A DNA stretch of 32,000 nt from an uncultured Bacilli bacterium (GTDB taxonomy: Bacteria; Bacillota_I; Bacilli_A; RF39; UBA660), in contig CANQZM010000006.1 of the NCBI GenBank assembly GCA_947628345.1, positions 1 to 32,000 on the forward strand, in the 5' to 3' direction. The first letter of the stretch is position 1, and each line of letters begins with the position of its first letter. The notes beneath the pieces are model-generated. The model saw only the letters and a list, made by a program, of their open reading frames with translations, made no database searches and had not been told where the DNA came from. This document shows, in pieces, positions 9,093 to 16,784 of the stretch. The position numbers and the translations under genes were made by a program.

Positions 9093-11036
9093 TTAAACTT
9101 TAAAGTATGCTAGACGACTTGTATTTTTCCAATTATATTGACTCCACATATTAGTAGAAGTACTTCCAGGATCAAACATATTTATTGTCTCACCTGTAAT
9201 AGAATCTATGGCTACCCAGTGTTGTCCTGTATTACCTTTTACTTCTGCGACTACATAGTAACCAGCATTTAATAAAGATTGTATTGTTTGTAATTTATCC
9301 TTTCTCGATTGGTTACTTACGTCAATCCTATTTTGATATTTAAAATCAGGAGCTACAGTAGTAACAACATTCCACTGTAGATTACCTCTATTATCAAATC
9401 CTCCATTTTTTGATAATGCTTCAACAAATGTTCCTGGATTAAAGTCGCCTACTACATTAGCACTAACACCAGATTTAGCAATTAACATTGAAATAGAAGT
9501 AACTAGACATCCAGCAGTTTCAATAGTAGCATTACTATTACCTAATCTAATATTAGACCATGGTGCATTGTACTGTTTCCAAGAAGTATAATCACCAGTT
9601 GATGTTGATCCTCCTGTACAACTCGCAGTATAAATTGATTTATTAGATCCATATGTTTTTAATAATATTTGTTTATAGTCCAGTAAAAATCCTAATTCCC
9701 TCCAGGCTTTCTGACTACCTGCTGCATTTGTTCCTTCAGAATCATAATTAGTTCCTACAATATAACCAGTATTATTAGTAACCAATAGTTGTCCTGCGGT
9801 TTCTGCTACCCATTGTCTTGTTTTTGCATTTTGTGGTAAAGCATCTTTATAAGTTACCGTATTATTTAGACCCGAATAAACATCTAGACGCTCATTATCT
9901 CTACTTCCGTGTTTTGAACAACCTTGCTCTGGATTACAAAAAACTTGATCGGCAACGCAATTTCTAACTTGTAAAATCCACTGTCCATTTTCATTTTCTA
10001 ATTTGACACCATTAGCTCTATTACCACCTCGAATAGCTCTATCTAAAATAAAGCTTCTTGCTGCTACTGCTTGAGTCTTAGCTTCAGCTTCATTCATACC
10101 TCCACCTACTTCAGCATATACAACTCCTAAAATGTAAGTTTCAAAATCAATTAGAGATTCATCTTCAATTGGAACATTATCAGTACCATCACAAAAACTT
10201 GAATGCATTAATCTAACTTTTATATCCGATACTTGTTGATTAAATTTAACACTAGTTTGACCATTGGTTGCTCCTTTAATATCATAAGTACAAATACCAC
10301 CTGTACTAAAAGCAGAATTCGTAATATCTTTTTCATATTTTGTACCAGCAGCATATTCTTTATCAGGATTTCCAACATCACCATTACTATTATCAGCATC
10401 TTCTTTATCAACAGATCCAATACTACCTACAAGACCAAAAAATATAAGTATAAGGAATAATATAACTCCAGCACCAATATATTTAAACTTATCTTTTCCT
10501 GGTAAAAATCCTGTTCCATAAGCATCTCCAGAGTAGCTTACTTCAGTATCTTTTTGTTCTTCTGTTGAATTATTATCTTCTGTATTACTATTATCCAAAG
10601 AAGAAGGTTTACCTAAACCTTCTTTATCATTTCCAGTATTATTCCCTTCTTTTGGAACACTTTCGGCGGCATCGGCGGCATCAACTGCACCATTTGCAGC
10701 TTGTGCTGCTTGCATAGACATAACTTTATTAGCCGCATCTAAAATTTTAGCATCATCTGCTTTTTTGGCTACTTTTCCAAAGGCACCACCAGTAGCTTTG
10801 TTAACTAAATTGGCAGCCTTACCTTCAACTTTATCTATAGCTTTACCAACACCTGGAACCTTTTTAGCCGTTTCAAAAGCAGCCCCACCAGTTCCACCTG
10901 TAAAGGCATTAATAGCCCCTTTAGCTGCAGTATCAACAGCTTTTTTACTGCTTTGTTGCTCTGCCTGTTTCTTATCATTACGAGCTGCTTGATACTTGTT
11001 TTGATCTTCTTGATTATTTTGGCTATTTTTTGGCAT
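9093..11036 (-). CDS. T4SS-associated bifunctional cell-wall hydrolase (SpoIID-like domain plus papain-like C39-like/CHAP-like Cys peptidase)
   Basis: The SpoIID-like block is ETYILGVVYAEVGGGMNEAEAKTQAVAARSF. The C-terminal candidate Cys/His pair is TAGCLVTSISML ... GQHWVAID. The N-terminal ~190 aa are Ala/Gly/Lys-rich, followed by one TM helix. I prefer the ATG at 11036 (GGTGA RBS) over the GTG at 11045. Confidence 0.7.
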   Translation of the reverse strand: MPKNSQNNQEDQNKYQAARNDKKQAEQQSSKKAVDTAAKGAINAFTGGTGGAAFETAKKVPGVGKAIDKVEGKAANLVNKATGGAFGKVAKKADDAKILDAANKVMSMQAAQAANGAVDAADAAESVPKEGNNTGNDKEGLGKPSSLDNSNTEDNNSTEEQKDTEVSYSGDAYGTGFLPGKDKFKYIGAGVILFLILIFFGLVGSIGSVDKEDADNSNGDVGNPDKEYAAGTKYEKDITNSAFSTGGICTYDIKGATNGQTSVKFNQQVSDIKVRLMHSSFCDGTDNVPIEDESLIDFETYILGVVYAEVGGGMNEAEAKTQAVAARSFILDRAIRGGNRANGVKLENENGQWILQVRNCVADQVFCNPEQGCSKHGSRDNERLDVYSGLNNTVTYKDALPQNAKTRQWVAETAGQLLVTNNTGYIVGTNYDSEGTNAAGSQKAWRELGFLLDYKQILLKTYGSNKSIYTASCTGGSTSTGDYTSWKQYNAPWSNIRLGNSNATIETAGCLVTSISMLIAKSGVSANVVGDFNPGTFVEALSKNGGFDNRGNLQWNVVTTVAPDFKYQNRIDVSNQSRKDKLQTIQSLLNAGYYVVAEVKGNTGQHWVAIDSITGETINMFDPGSTSTNMWSQYNWKNTSRLAYFKV

Positions 11037-11062
11037 CAGTATCACCTACTTCTAACTTACTT

Positions 11063-12853
11063 TTATAGTCCTCCTCCACTACCAAACAAATCTAATTCTT
11101 GCTTAGTTACGGAAATATTAATTCTCATTCTTCTATTACCACAAACAAACAGTGCTTCACCTTGTGAATATCTTTTTATGCTTTCTTTTTCACTCTCATT
11201 CAAATCTATTAATAGACTTAAATCTTCAACAGCCTGTTTCTTTAGTCCCATTACTAAATAGTAAGAGGCATTATCAAAAATAGCTTTACCTTGAGTAATA
11301 ACATTAGGTGCTGAAAAATCACTAGGTTGTTGAGTAATAATAATAGTTCCTGTGTTATACTTACGAGCACGTCTTTGTACCTGAGCCAAGAAATCAGCTC
11401 CCAAAGTATTTTGCTCTCCCAACAAGACATGTGCCTCATCAACCATTAAAACTGTATCTACCCTTGGATCTAGGCACAAACTCCAAGCATATTTTAGAAC
11501 ATTAAAGAATAAAGCATTTTTAACATTAGATTCACTATTCATTAACTCTTTAATATTAAATACCATAAAATCACTATTTCCATTAATTGTCGTATGGCCA
11601 TCAAAGTAGAACTTTAATTCTTTAATGATTGGTCTAATTTTCAACTCTAAACGTTCCATTATATCACGTTCTTGAGTTTGTTCTGTCATTGACATAAGAC
11701 GACCCTTGATAGTTGCATAAACATCAGTGAAGGTTGGATAATCTTCCGATGTAAATCCAGAAAAATCAGTGTTAAAATCAATTCCAAAACGTCTATATGT
11801 ATCTTGAACAATTTCACTAAACATAGTTAAAACGTCTTCTTGAATGGAAGGATCATAATACTTCATAAATGCTTTTAAAAATTGCAATGTTCTAGTTAAA
11901 ACTGTATAACCAAGACCTTGTTTTATTTCATCATCATCAGCATCAATTACAACTTCCAATGGATTAATTAACCCAAATTCGCCACCTTTACCAATATCAA
12001 TTTGATCTCCTCCAAATGCTTTCGTAATTTCAGCATACTCATTTTCAGGATCAATGGCAACAATTTGACAACGATTTCTAATATGGGTTCTAAGCATTAG
12101 TTTAGCTGCGGTTGATTTTCCGGAACCAGAGGTACCTAAAATTATCATATTGGCGTTGTTTCTATTATGTTCTTTTCTTATTTTATATAAAAATTGATTA
12201 AATAGGATTACACCACCTGAAAAATCAACTCCTAATAAAGTAGCTAATCCTGGATCTTTAATACTATCAAAAATAAATGGATACATAGCCGCAATGGTTA
12301 TAGATGGAATTGGCGTTCCAATACGTTCTTCAATATCTTGAGATGGAAAAATTGGTAATATTGATTTAAGAACTTTTTCTTGTTCAAAACGAAGTGACAC
12401 TGCCCTTAATTCCATTGCATCTAAATAATTTTTAACATTTACTTTTTTTAGTTCCAAATCTTCTTTTGTATTTGCGGTAATCATAATATGTAATTGGAAA
12501 TCAAAAATACGGGCTTGACTAGCAGCTAACATGGAAATAAAATACTCTAAGCTCTCATAATCTTGTCTAATTCGCTCACGTGATGTTTGATCTCTTTCTT
12601 TGCTGTATCTTTCTTTTAAATCAGCAACTTGTTTATTTAGCATTTTTGATATCATTGAAAAATCAACAGGAATATGTTTAACAACAACTTTAATTCCTGA
12701 CATATTAGTTAAAGTTGATAAATATCCTGGTTGAATATATCTTGGGTAAGAAACTACTGTCAAAATAGTTGCATATTTATCACTAATAAAGAAATCACTT
12801 GCATTAAAGCTTAATCCCTTAGGGGCTAATTGTCCTCTTAAACTTACACTCAT
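11063..12853 (-). CDS. VirB4-family ATPase, ATPase (C-terminal) portion
   Basis: 596 aa. Walker A ILGTSGSGKST, Walker B VLMVDEAHVLL, and IIITQQPSDF. Its ATG overlaps the TGA of the upstream ORF (ATGA). Confidence 0.9.
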   Translation of the reverse strand: MSVSLRGQLAPKGLSFNASDFFISDKYATILTVVSYPRYIQPGYLSTLTNMSGIKVVVKHIPVDFSMISKMLNKQVADLKERYSKERDQTSRERIRQDYESLEYFISMLAASQARIFDFQLHIMITANTKEDLELKKVNVKNYLDAMELRAVSLRFEQEKVLKSILPIFPSQDIEERIGTPIPSITIAAMYPFIFDSIKDPGLATLLGVDFSGGVILFNQFLYKIRKEHNRNNANMIILGTSGSGKSTAAKLMLRTHIRNRCQIVAIDPENEYAEITKAFGGDQIDIGKGGEFGLINPLEVVIDADDDEIKQGLGYTVLTRTLQFLKAFMKYYDPSIQEDVLTMFSEIVQDTYRRFGIDFNTDFSGFTSEDYPTFTDVYATIKGRLMSMTEQTQERDIMERLELKIRPIIKELKFYFDGHTTINGNSDFMVFNIKELMNSESNVKNALFFNVLKYAWSLCLDPRVDTVLMVDEAHVLLGEQNTLGADFLAQVQRRARKYNTGTIIITQQPSDFSAPNVITQGKAIFDNASYYLVMGLKKQAVEDLSLLIDLNESEKESIKRYSQGEALFVCGNRRMRINISVTKQELDLFGSGGGL

Positions 12854-13404
12854 ACTGGCATCACCGTTCCAAATTCTGTTGTCGTTCCCCCATTTAAGAA
12901 ATTATCCAAAACAACTCTCAAATCCTCATTACTAACCTGTGCAGAATTTAACCCACATGTAGCTAATCCATTAATTAGTAATCTTACCTTTTTCTGAATA
13001 ACATCATCATTTTTTTCTTTAAATAATATGTAATATTCTGTATCAACAATATTATTATTAATAAACATTTGTACTTTATCCATATCTTGTAAAATTAATT
13101 TACGAATTGCTGGAACTTGTACATCATTTAATTCTAGTTGTAATTGAGACATATAAACAGATAAATCTACTGGTCTGTCTGCGACTACCAACCAAAATTC
13201 AAAATCAATCATATTATAAAAGTTTTTAAGACTAATTAAAACATTATCTTGCGAAGATGCATCTAATATGAAAATATTACGGGGAGTTATTTTTACTCCT
13301 GTTACTTTATAATTTCCATAAGTATATATCATACTATTTTGAATTGCTCTTACTGGTAGCCAATCTTCTGTCGATCTTCTCCCTTTTTCTTTTGTGTTCG
13401 CCAA
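12850..13404 (-). CDS. VirB4 N-terminal domain encoded as a separate ORF
   Basis: 184 aa. The pattern DWLPVRAIQNSMIYTYGNYKVTGVKITPRNIF matches the conserved start of Firmicutes VirB4-like ATPases as I recall them. The first in-frame start is TTG at 13404, and the next is ATG at 13332. The two ORFs together total about 780 aa, the usual VirB4 length. Confidence 0.65.
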   Translation of the reverse strand: MANTKEKGRRSTEDWLPVRAIQNSMIYTYGNYKVTGVKITPRNIFILDASSQDNVLISLKNFYNMIDFEFWLVVADRPVDLSVYMSQLQLELNDVQVPAIRKLILQDMDKVQMFINNNIVDTEYYILFKEKNDDVIQKKVRLLINGLATCGLNSAQVSNEDLRVVLDNFLNGGTTTEFGTVMPV

Positions 13405-13696
13405 TTCTCACACACCAACCTTTCCATTCATAATTTCTCTGATTTGAGAAAAATTCAAATAGTTCTAAAATTACATTTAATATATTATGATAATAAGGTA
13501 CTGGCACAACTAAGAAACCCGTGACTAGTGCCGGCAGTAATATAATAACAGTAACTAAAGTTGATGACATAGGTAAAATTATCATAAATAGTACTGTAAT
13601 TAAAACTCCTGTACCAAATAAAATTAAATCAAGTGGTCTAAACATACCAAATATTAATTGTCCCCTCTTTGTATTAGCGGGAATTAAATAATTCAT
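13334..13696 (-). CDS. VirB3-like / PrgI-TcpE-like small membrane protein
   Basis: 120 aa, RBS GGGGTGA. Two hydrophobic helices directly upstream of VirB4. The N-terminus NTKRGQLIFGMFRPLDLILFG is typical of this class. Confidence 0.6.
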   Translation of the reverse strand: MNYLIPANTKRGQLIFGMFRPLDLILFGTGVLITVLFMIILPMSSTLVTVIILLPALVTGFLVVPVPYYHNILNVILELFEFFSNQRNYEWKGWCVRIGEHKRKREKIDRRLATSKSNSK

Positions 13697-13751
13697 CTAA
13701 CATCACCCCTATTTATTAATCATCCTTAACATATCTTCAATACTCATTAGT

Positions 13752-15803
13752 TCAATCTTCATCATCTTTTTTCCTAGCATCTCTTAAATGATCATTAGTT
13801 TGCTCTGCCATTGCCTTATCTGCATCAACGATTTTATCCAATTCTTTCCGTCTTTGTTCAGCTCTATGAACACCTCTATTTCCAGGAATTGCAGCAACAT
13901 TACGAAGTGTTTCTCTAGCATTACCAGTTCTAATTGCTTCACGTCCTTCGTGGGTAAGTAAATCTCTAAATTGAGTATTCCTACTGGCACCATGTGGATC
14001 ACGAAGATCACCATGTTTAGCTCTATATGAACCTCTTTTTCCACCAACACGAGCCACTTCTTCTTCAGCAGCTTTAAATTTACTTTCTGCTTTAGAGGCT
14101 ATTTCTTCTGTACTCTGAGCATAATCAAATCCGGATTGCTTCATATCTTCAATCTGAGCAAGTGTAAAGTCTACTCCTTCTTTAATACCATGTTGCATTC
14201 TATACCAATCTTCAAGTGCTTGTTTTTCACGATCAGTAAGTGAATCATAACCACTATTATTAATTTTATCCTTGATATCTTTAGCATAATCAGCTGCTCT
14301 TCTAGCATCTTGTGCTGCCTCTTCTAATTCATCTAAATGTTGTGGACCTAAATCATGATTTTTCAAATATCTTTCAGCTCGATGCATTCTAGATGCAGTC
14401 ATATTTTTATCACCGGTCATTATCTGGGCCATGTCATTTCGACCACCAGTATAACTATCACCTAAACCTGGTGCTTGTTTACCTTGATTATATGCTGCAA
14501 TTTGGGTATTAGCATTTTCCCTAATACTATCGAACGCATCTCCTAAAGTTCCTTTTTCACGTAAGGCACCCAACCCAGCTAAAGCAGCTGAAAGTCCAAA
14601 ATTACTAAGATTACCCTTTAATCCTAAAGAATCTTTAATAAATTTAGGTGCAGTCCTAGCAAAATAGAACAGCCCAATTATAATAAATATTGTTGAAATA
14701 GCACCTACAATGCCTTTATCAATAGGTAAAACTAAACCTCTTTTATTAATAATTTCCTGAACTAAGAATAAAACAAAGAAAATAATAATAAGTCTTATAA
14801 ATAAATCTAAATAAGTTGAAGTTAAGGCCTTAACCCAAGATGCAAAAGATCCATCCTTAGACGATTTAGGATCAATATAGCTAATAATTGGGATAGGTGC
14901 TAGTAATCTTAACACAGCTAACTTTAAAGCACGAACGGCAATATCAACACAAAAGCCCAACATAACTACTAAAACAAATAATCCACATATAAAAGAGATA
15001 ATTGGAGTATAAACAAATAAATAATTATCATCTTTTCCATTAGGACCGTTACACCAATCATTTAAATTATCATTACTTAAGATAGTGTTAACTGTAACGT
15101 AATCACTTTTATACCTTTCAACTTTATATGATTCTTCATCCTTTAAATTACACATATAATTGGCTGGATCAGTTGCTCCGTCTTCAGTTGCATTTGATTT
15201 TAAATTAATTCTAACAAACGTCTTTAAAATAAATGTTGCCAGTTGCTGGGCATTACCGGAATTATCAGAATCAAAAGCTTGTTGCCCAGTTTCGGATACC
15301 GAATCATTACTAGAAACATCACCTAATACTAATTTTCCTAGTACATTATTAGATAAGACACGTGATTGTAATGAATATAAAACCCCAAATAGTAAACCAT
15401 TCTCGTTTAAGTATGCATTATAACTACCTTCAGTTGCATTTGGTATATTTAGAGGTATGATAGCTGTAAATAATGCTAACATAACAATAATCCTACTAAT
15501 CATTTTACCCATTCCAACTTCTTTATCATTAAATCGATCGGGATTCATAACAGTTTGCATCAAAGAAACTGATACTTTAAAAATCATAAATACACCAATT
15601 ATCATTTGTACTCTGCCATAAAAATCTATAATAACATCTGATGAAAAAATTTGGGCATCTGCAATATTAAAAAATATCTGATAAACAATTACTAGTAAGT
15701 TATAAACAACCTTATCAAAAGTAGCTAATAAAAATCTAATTATATCCATCCACCAATGTGTAACTTGGGTATCAGTTTCCATTGAAAGTGCTAACTGAAA
15801 CAT
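13752..15803 (-). CDS. VirB6/TrbL-like polytopic channel protein with a long charged C-terminal domain
   Basis: 683 aa, RBS GGGGTGA. It has at least 6 hydrophobic segments, one large Cys-containing loop and about 270 aa of hydrophilic C-terminus. The position upstream of VirB3/VirB4 fits a VirB6 role. Confidence 0.6.
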   Translation of the reverse strand: MFQLALSMETDTQVTHWWMDIIRFLLATFDKVVYNLLVIVYQIFFNIADAQIFSSDVIIDFYGRVQMIIGVFMIFKVSVSLMQTVMNPDRFNDKEVGMGKMISRIIVMLALFTAIIPLNIPNATEGSYNAYLNENGLLFGVLYSLQSRVLSNNVLGKLVLGDVSSNDSVSETGQQAFDSDNSGNAQQLATFILKTFVRINLKSNATEDGATDPANYMCNLKDEESYKVERYKSDYVTVNTILSNDNLNDWCNGPNGKDDNYLFVYTPIISFICGLFVLVVMLGFCVDIAVRALKLAVLRLLAPIPIISYIDPKSSKDGSFASWVKALTSTYLDLFIRLIIIFFVLFLVQEIINKRGLVLPIDKGIVGAISTIFIIIGLFYFARTAPKFIKDSLGLKGNLSNFGLSAALAGLGALREKGTLGDAFDSIRENANTQIAAYNQGKQAPGLGDSYTGGRNDMAQIMTGDKNMTASRMHRAERYLKNHDLGPQHLDELEEAAQDARRAADYAKDIKDKINNSGYDSLTDREKQALEDWYRMQHGIKEGVDFTLAQIEDMKQSGFDYAQSTEEIASKAESKFKAAEEEVARVGGKRGSYRAKHGDLRDPHGASRNTQFRDLLTHEGREAIRTGNARETLRNVAAIPGNRGVHRAEQRRKELDKIVDADKAMAEQTNDHLRDARKKDDED

Positions 15804-15832
15804 GTTTTCACCCCACTTCTTTTTTTATTTTT

Positions 15833-16270
15833 TTATTTTAAACCGCAATTAGCATTATCGGCTGTAATACCAAATAATCCTAATAGAATTTGAGTTAAGA
15901 ATGGTACAAAAAATAAAAGTAATGCAGCAATCAATCTGTATACAAATTTTGTTTGTGCCTTTTTCATATTTTCTTCATCCGATGTAATAATTGCTTTAGC
16001 AAAATCAATACTTCCTAAAACAATTGCTATCATAGGACCCAATATTTTTATATAATTTAGTAATCGTTGTATCAACCAAGCTACTGAATTTTCATCATTT
16101 TCAGCATCTCCTAAAACATCTTTACATGTACTTAGACCTGTATTTGCAAATTGCTTTTCAATTTGTACAGGACCATCTATTTTCAATTCCTTGGCTTTGA
16201 CATCATATGTAACAAATATTGTTATTAATATTAAAAATAAAAAAGCGATTTTTCCATACTTTATGAACAT
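15833..16270 (-). CDS. VirB2/TrbC-like pilin-type protein (signal peptide plus two TM helices around a charged loop)
   Basis: 145 aa. Signal peptide ending VKA-KE. TM1 ILGPMIAIVLGSIDFAKAII, loop TSDEENMKKAQTK, TM2 LIAALLLFFVPFLTQILLGLFGI. It is a paralog of 16370-16708. Confidence 0.6.
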   Translation of the reverse strand: MFIKYGKIAFLFLILITIFVTYDVKAKELKIDGPVQIEKQFANTGLSTCKDVLGDAENDENSVAWLIQRLLNYIKILGPMIAIVLGSIDFAKAIITSDEENMKKAQTKFVYRLIAALLLFFVPFLTQILLGLFGITADNANCGLK

Positions 16271-16309
16271 AACTAAGCCACATCCTCATTTACATAATGT
16301 ATCATCATA

Positions 16310-16338
16310 AGTATAACAAAAAAAAAAAGAAATATCAA
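16310..16338 (-). promoter_or_regulatory. sigma-A-like promoter for the 145-aa VirB2-like gene (-35 TTGATA, 17-nt spacer, -10 TATACT)
   Basis: Minus strand reads TTGATA (16338-16333), TTTCTTTTTTTTTTTGT, TATACT (16315-16310). RBS GAGGA lies downstream. Confidence 0.45.
16318..16328 (-). repeat. homopolymer: T11 on the coding strand (A11 on plus), inside the promoter spacer
   Basis: Counted directly: 11 consecutive A on the plus strand at 16318-16328. Confidence 0.95.
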
Positions 16339-16369
16339 TTTATATTTCATTTTTTTTAATATATTTCGA

Positions 16370-16708
16370 TTAAGCTGCTTGTTCCCAACAATCTGCCCAA
16401 CTATTAGAACTACCTCCAATATTTTCATCATTAGAAGTACCAACTAGTCCCATAATAACTGTTACTAAAGTAACTATAAAGAAAATTAAAACAGCATATA
16501 TACAACGTTTAATCAATCTACTTTGGGCTGCTTTTACTTCCTTGTCATCACTAGAAATAACTGCTTTACCTAAATCAATAGTTCCCATTACAATTAAAAC
16601 AATTGGAATACCTATTTGAATTATTGGTAAAAGTCCCTTTCTAACTAATCTAACAATTGACGTTAATCCTCTACATGGATCTCCGGCACCTATTTGAAAT
16701 AATTCCAT
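16370..16708 (-). CDS. VirB2/TrbC-like pilin-type protein, second paralog
   Basis: 112 aa, RBS AAGGAGAGG. TM1 LLPIIQIGIPIVLIVMGTIDLGKAVI, loop SSDDKEVKAAQSR, TM2 IYAVLIFFIVTLVTVIMGLVG. It shares the G.ID..KA.I.SD.....K.AQ pattern with the 145-aa protein. Confidence 0.6.
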   Translation of the reverse strand: MELFQIGAGDPCRGLTSIVRLVRKGLLPIIQIGIPIVLIVMGTIDLGKAVISSDDKEVKAAQSRLIKRCIYAVLIFFIVTLVTVIMGLVGTSNDENIGGSSNSWADCWEQAA

Positions 16709-16730
16709 AACTAACCTCTCCTTCTATAAC

Positions 16731-16750
16731 ACTATTGTAAACTATTGTAG
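16731..16750 (-). repeat. tandem 10-nt direct repeat ACTATTGTA(A/G) x2 in the promoter region
   Basis: Plus strand actattgtaa actattgtag at 16731-16750. Each copy carries a TACAAT hexamer on the minus strand. Confidence 0.9.
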
Positions 16751-16763
16751 GTATCTTTGTCAA
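16734..16763 (-). promoter_or_regulatory. sigma-A-like promoter for the 112-aa VirB2-like gene (-35 TTGACA, 18-nt spacer, -10 TACAAT)
   Basis: Minus strand has consensus TTGACA at 16763-16758 and TACAAT at 16739-16734. It lies in the 76-nt gap after the TadZ-like gene. Confidence 0.5.
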
Positions 16764-16784
16764 TCAATATATTTCATATTTACA

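Noticed and set aside
10765-11261. Plus-strand ORFs 10765-10992 and 10953-11261 (Ala/Pro/Leu-rich translations). The same applies to the other embedded short ORFs in the track: 1398-1580, 3827-4132, 6429-6614, 10220-10420, 10233-10460, 11254-11442, 13784-14050, 15160-15423, 16957-17148, 19435-19647, 20348-20557, 23755-23946 and 28521-28724.
   Set aside because: All lie wholly inside much longer ORFs that carry recognisable family motifs or strong RBSs. They are antisense or off-frame, have no RBS, and translate to low-complexity sequence typical of shadow frames. The 10765-11261 pair is explained by the locally GC-rich Ala/Gly/Lys-coding head of the hydrolase gene.
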